Origin: Alphaproteobacteria bacterium
GTDB taxonomy: Bacteria; Pseudomonadota; Alphaproteobacteria; Rs-D84
Length of the DNA stretch: 64,000 nt
Direction of reading: 5' to 3'
NCBI GenBank assembly: GCA_017472065.1
Contig: JAFURB010000004.1
Coordinates: 17,034 to 81,033, forward strand
Shown here: piece after piece, positions 62,547 to 64,000 of the stretch
How the letters are laid out: each line of letters starts with the position of its first letter
Numbering within the stretch: the stretch's first letter is position 1
Position numbers and translations under genes: made by a program
Notes under the pieces: generated by a model
Seen by the model: only the letters and a program-made list of their open reading frames with translations
The model's database searches: none
Told to the model about the DNA's origin: nothing

Positions 62547-63422
62547 ATGTCATCTATTTTTGTTTTCCCAGGTCAAGGCGCACAAAGTGTTGGTATGGGA
62601 CGCGAATTGTATGAAAATAACCCAGACGCACGTGCCGTGTTTGATGCAGTGGATGTGGCGTTGGGGGAAAAACTGACCGATGTTATATTTAATGGACCGG
62701 CGGAAACACTGACACTGACGGCAAATGTTCAGCCGGCAATTATGGCCACATCTATTGCAATGTTACGCGCATCGGGTGCAAAATTGCCAGAATATGTCGC
62801 AGGTCACAGTTTGGGTGAATATACCGCACTGTGTGCGGCGGGTGCGTTATCTGTTGGGGACGCGGCAAAGTTATTACGCGTACGCGGAAACGCAATGCAA
62901 AGCGCCGTACCGGCCGGCATGGGATTAACCGCGGTGATATTGGGACTGGATATTGATGCGGTGCGCGAAATTTGCAAACAAACAGACTGTGATGTGGCAA
63001 ACGACAACAGTCCAGGCCAGGTTGTAATTTCAGGCATGCGTGATGTGGTTGAACACACAATGCAAATCGCCAAGGAACGCGGCGCAAAGCGCGCAATGCC
63101 ATTGGCATTATCTGTGCCGGTTCATTGTCGCGCACAAATGCCGGCCGCCGACGCAATGCGTGCGGCATTGGATTTGGTTGAATTACAAAAACCAGTTGTG
63201 CCGATCATATTAAATAAAACATGTGAACCAACAACTGATGTTAATGAAATCAAAGACGCATTGGTGTACCAAATGACACATGGTGTTCGTTGGCGCGAAA
63301 GTGTTTTGAACATGGCAAACATGGGTATCACAGAACAGATTGAGGTTGGACCAGGAAATGTTTTAACAGGTCTGTGTTCACGCATAACAGATAAAATAAC
63401 CGCTAAGAAATTGGAGATATAA
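62547..63422 (+). CDS. fabD: Malonyl CoA-ACP transacylase
   Basis: FPGQGAQ, QPAI, GHSLGEY and EVGPG. Confidence 0.95.
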   Translation: MSSIFVFPGQGAQSVGMGRELYENNPDARAVFDAVDVALGEKLTDVIFNGPAETLTLTANVQPAIMATSIAMLRASGAKLPEYVAGHSLGEYTALCAAGALSVGDAAKLLRVRGNAMQSAVPAGMGLTAVILGLDIDAVREICKQTDCDVANDNSPGQVVISGMRDVVEHTMQIAKERGAKRAMPLALSVPVHCRAQMPAADAMRAALDLVELQKPVVPIILNKTCEPTTDVNEIKDALVYQMTHGVRWRESVLNMANMGITEQIEVGPGNVLTGLCSRITDKITAKKLEI

Positions 63423-63424
63423 TT

Positions 63425-64000
63425 ATGTTTGATTTATCAGGACGCGTTGCATTAATCACGGGTGCCACCGGCGGTATCGGTGTCGCAATCGCTAAAAAGA
63501 TGAAGGAAGCCGGTGCAACCGTCGTTGTATCGGGTCGCAACACTGCAAAAATGGACGCAGAATTTGGTGACGATTACATTAAAATTCCATGTGACCTGGC
63601 GGCCGAAGGTGGTGCGGTTGATTTGGTTATGAACACGATTGAAGCCACTGGTAAAATTGATATTTTAATTAACAATGCCGGTATCACACGCGACACATTA
63701 TTAATGCGTATGAGTGATGAACAATTTGACGAAGTTATAAATACAAACCTGCGTTCTTGTTTCAAGATGTGTCGGGCGGCAATTATGCCAATGATGAAAA
63801 ATCGTTTTGGTCGTATTATTAATATGGCATCAATCATCGGTACAATTGGTGGCCCAGGCCAGGCAAACTATGCCGCATCCAAGGGTGGTATGATTGCAAT
63901 GACAAAATCTATCGCCGCCGAGGTCGCATCACGCGGCATCACTGCAAACGCGATTGCGCCGGGATTTATCAAAACACCAATGACCGATGTTTTGCCAGAA
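63425..64000 (+). CDS. fabG: 3-oxoacyl-ACP reductase, 5' part (runs off the window end)
   Basis: TGATGGIG, NNAGITRD, GQANYAASK and IAPGFIKT; follows fabD. Confidence 0.94.
   Translation, partial: MFDLSGRVALITGATGGIGVAIAKKMKEAGATVVVSGRNTAKMDAEFGDDYIKIPCDLAAEGGAVDLVMNTIEATGKIDILINNAGITRDTLLMRMSDEQFDEVINTNLRSCFKMCRAAIMPMMKNRFGRIINMASIIGTIGGPGQANYAASKGGMIAMTKSIAAEVASRGITANAIAPGFIKTPMTDVLPE

Overview
Gene-dense, repeatedly rearranged chromosomal segment of a reduced-genome alphaproteobacterium. Gene content and style resemble uncultured gut lineages such as Rs-D84/'Ca. Enterousia'; this placement is inference. It is mostly housekeeping: cell wall and envelope (mraY, PBP1a, mreB, pal, lptF/lptD/surA, skp, lpxD, bamB-like), translation (infB, infC with an ATT start, nusA, mnmE, rlmN, rsmG, der, metG, queH, two tRNA-Val), replication and partition (dnaX, ruvA, parA/parB with two parS-like sites), and lipid synthesis (accBC, fabZ/D/G, gpsA). 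Orphan genes are interleaved. Main highlights: (1) two independent ~200-nt leader RNAs upstream of small XRE-HTH genes have different sequences but the same compensatory pairing architecture, resembling phage c4 antisense/attenuator modules, with no prophage in view; (2) a dispersed family of inverted heptamer arrays, one pair lying in frame inside mnmE around the G4 motif and one enclosing a CGTC-type REP doublet; (3) three tandem shufflon-PilV-like pilins (one non-E5) plus a PilS-like pilin; (4) near-identical repeated terminators, one of which directly flanks an accessory cassette; (5) several orphan ORFs with similar basic C-terminal tails. All calls are from reading the sequence; no searches or folding programs were run.
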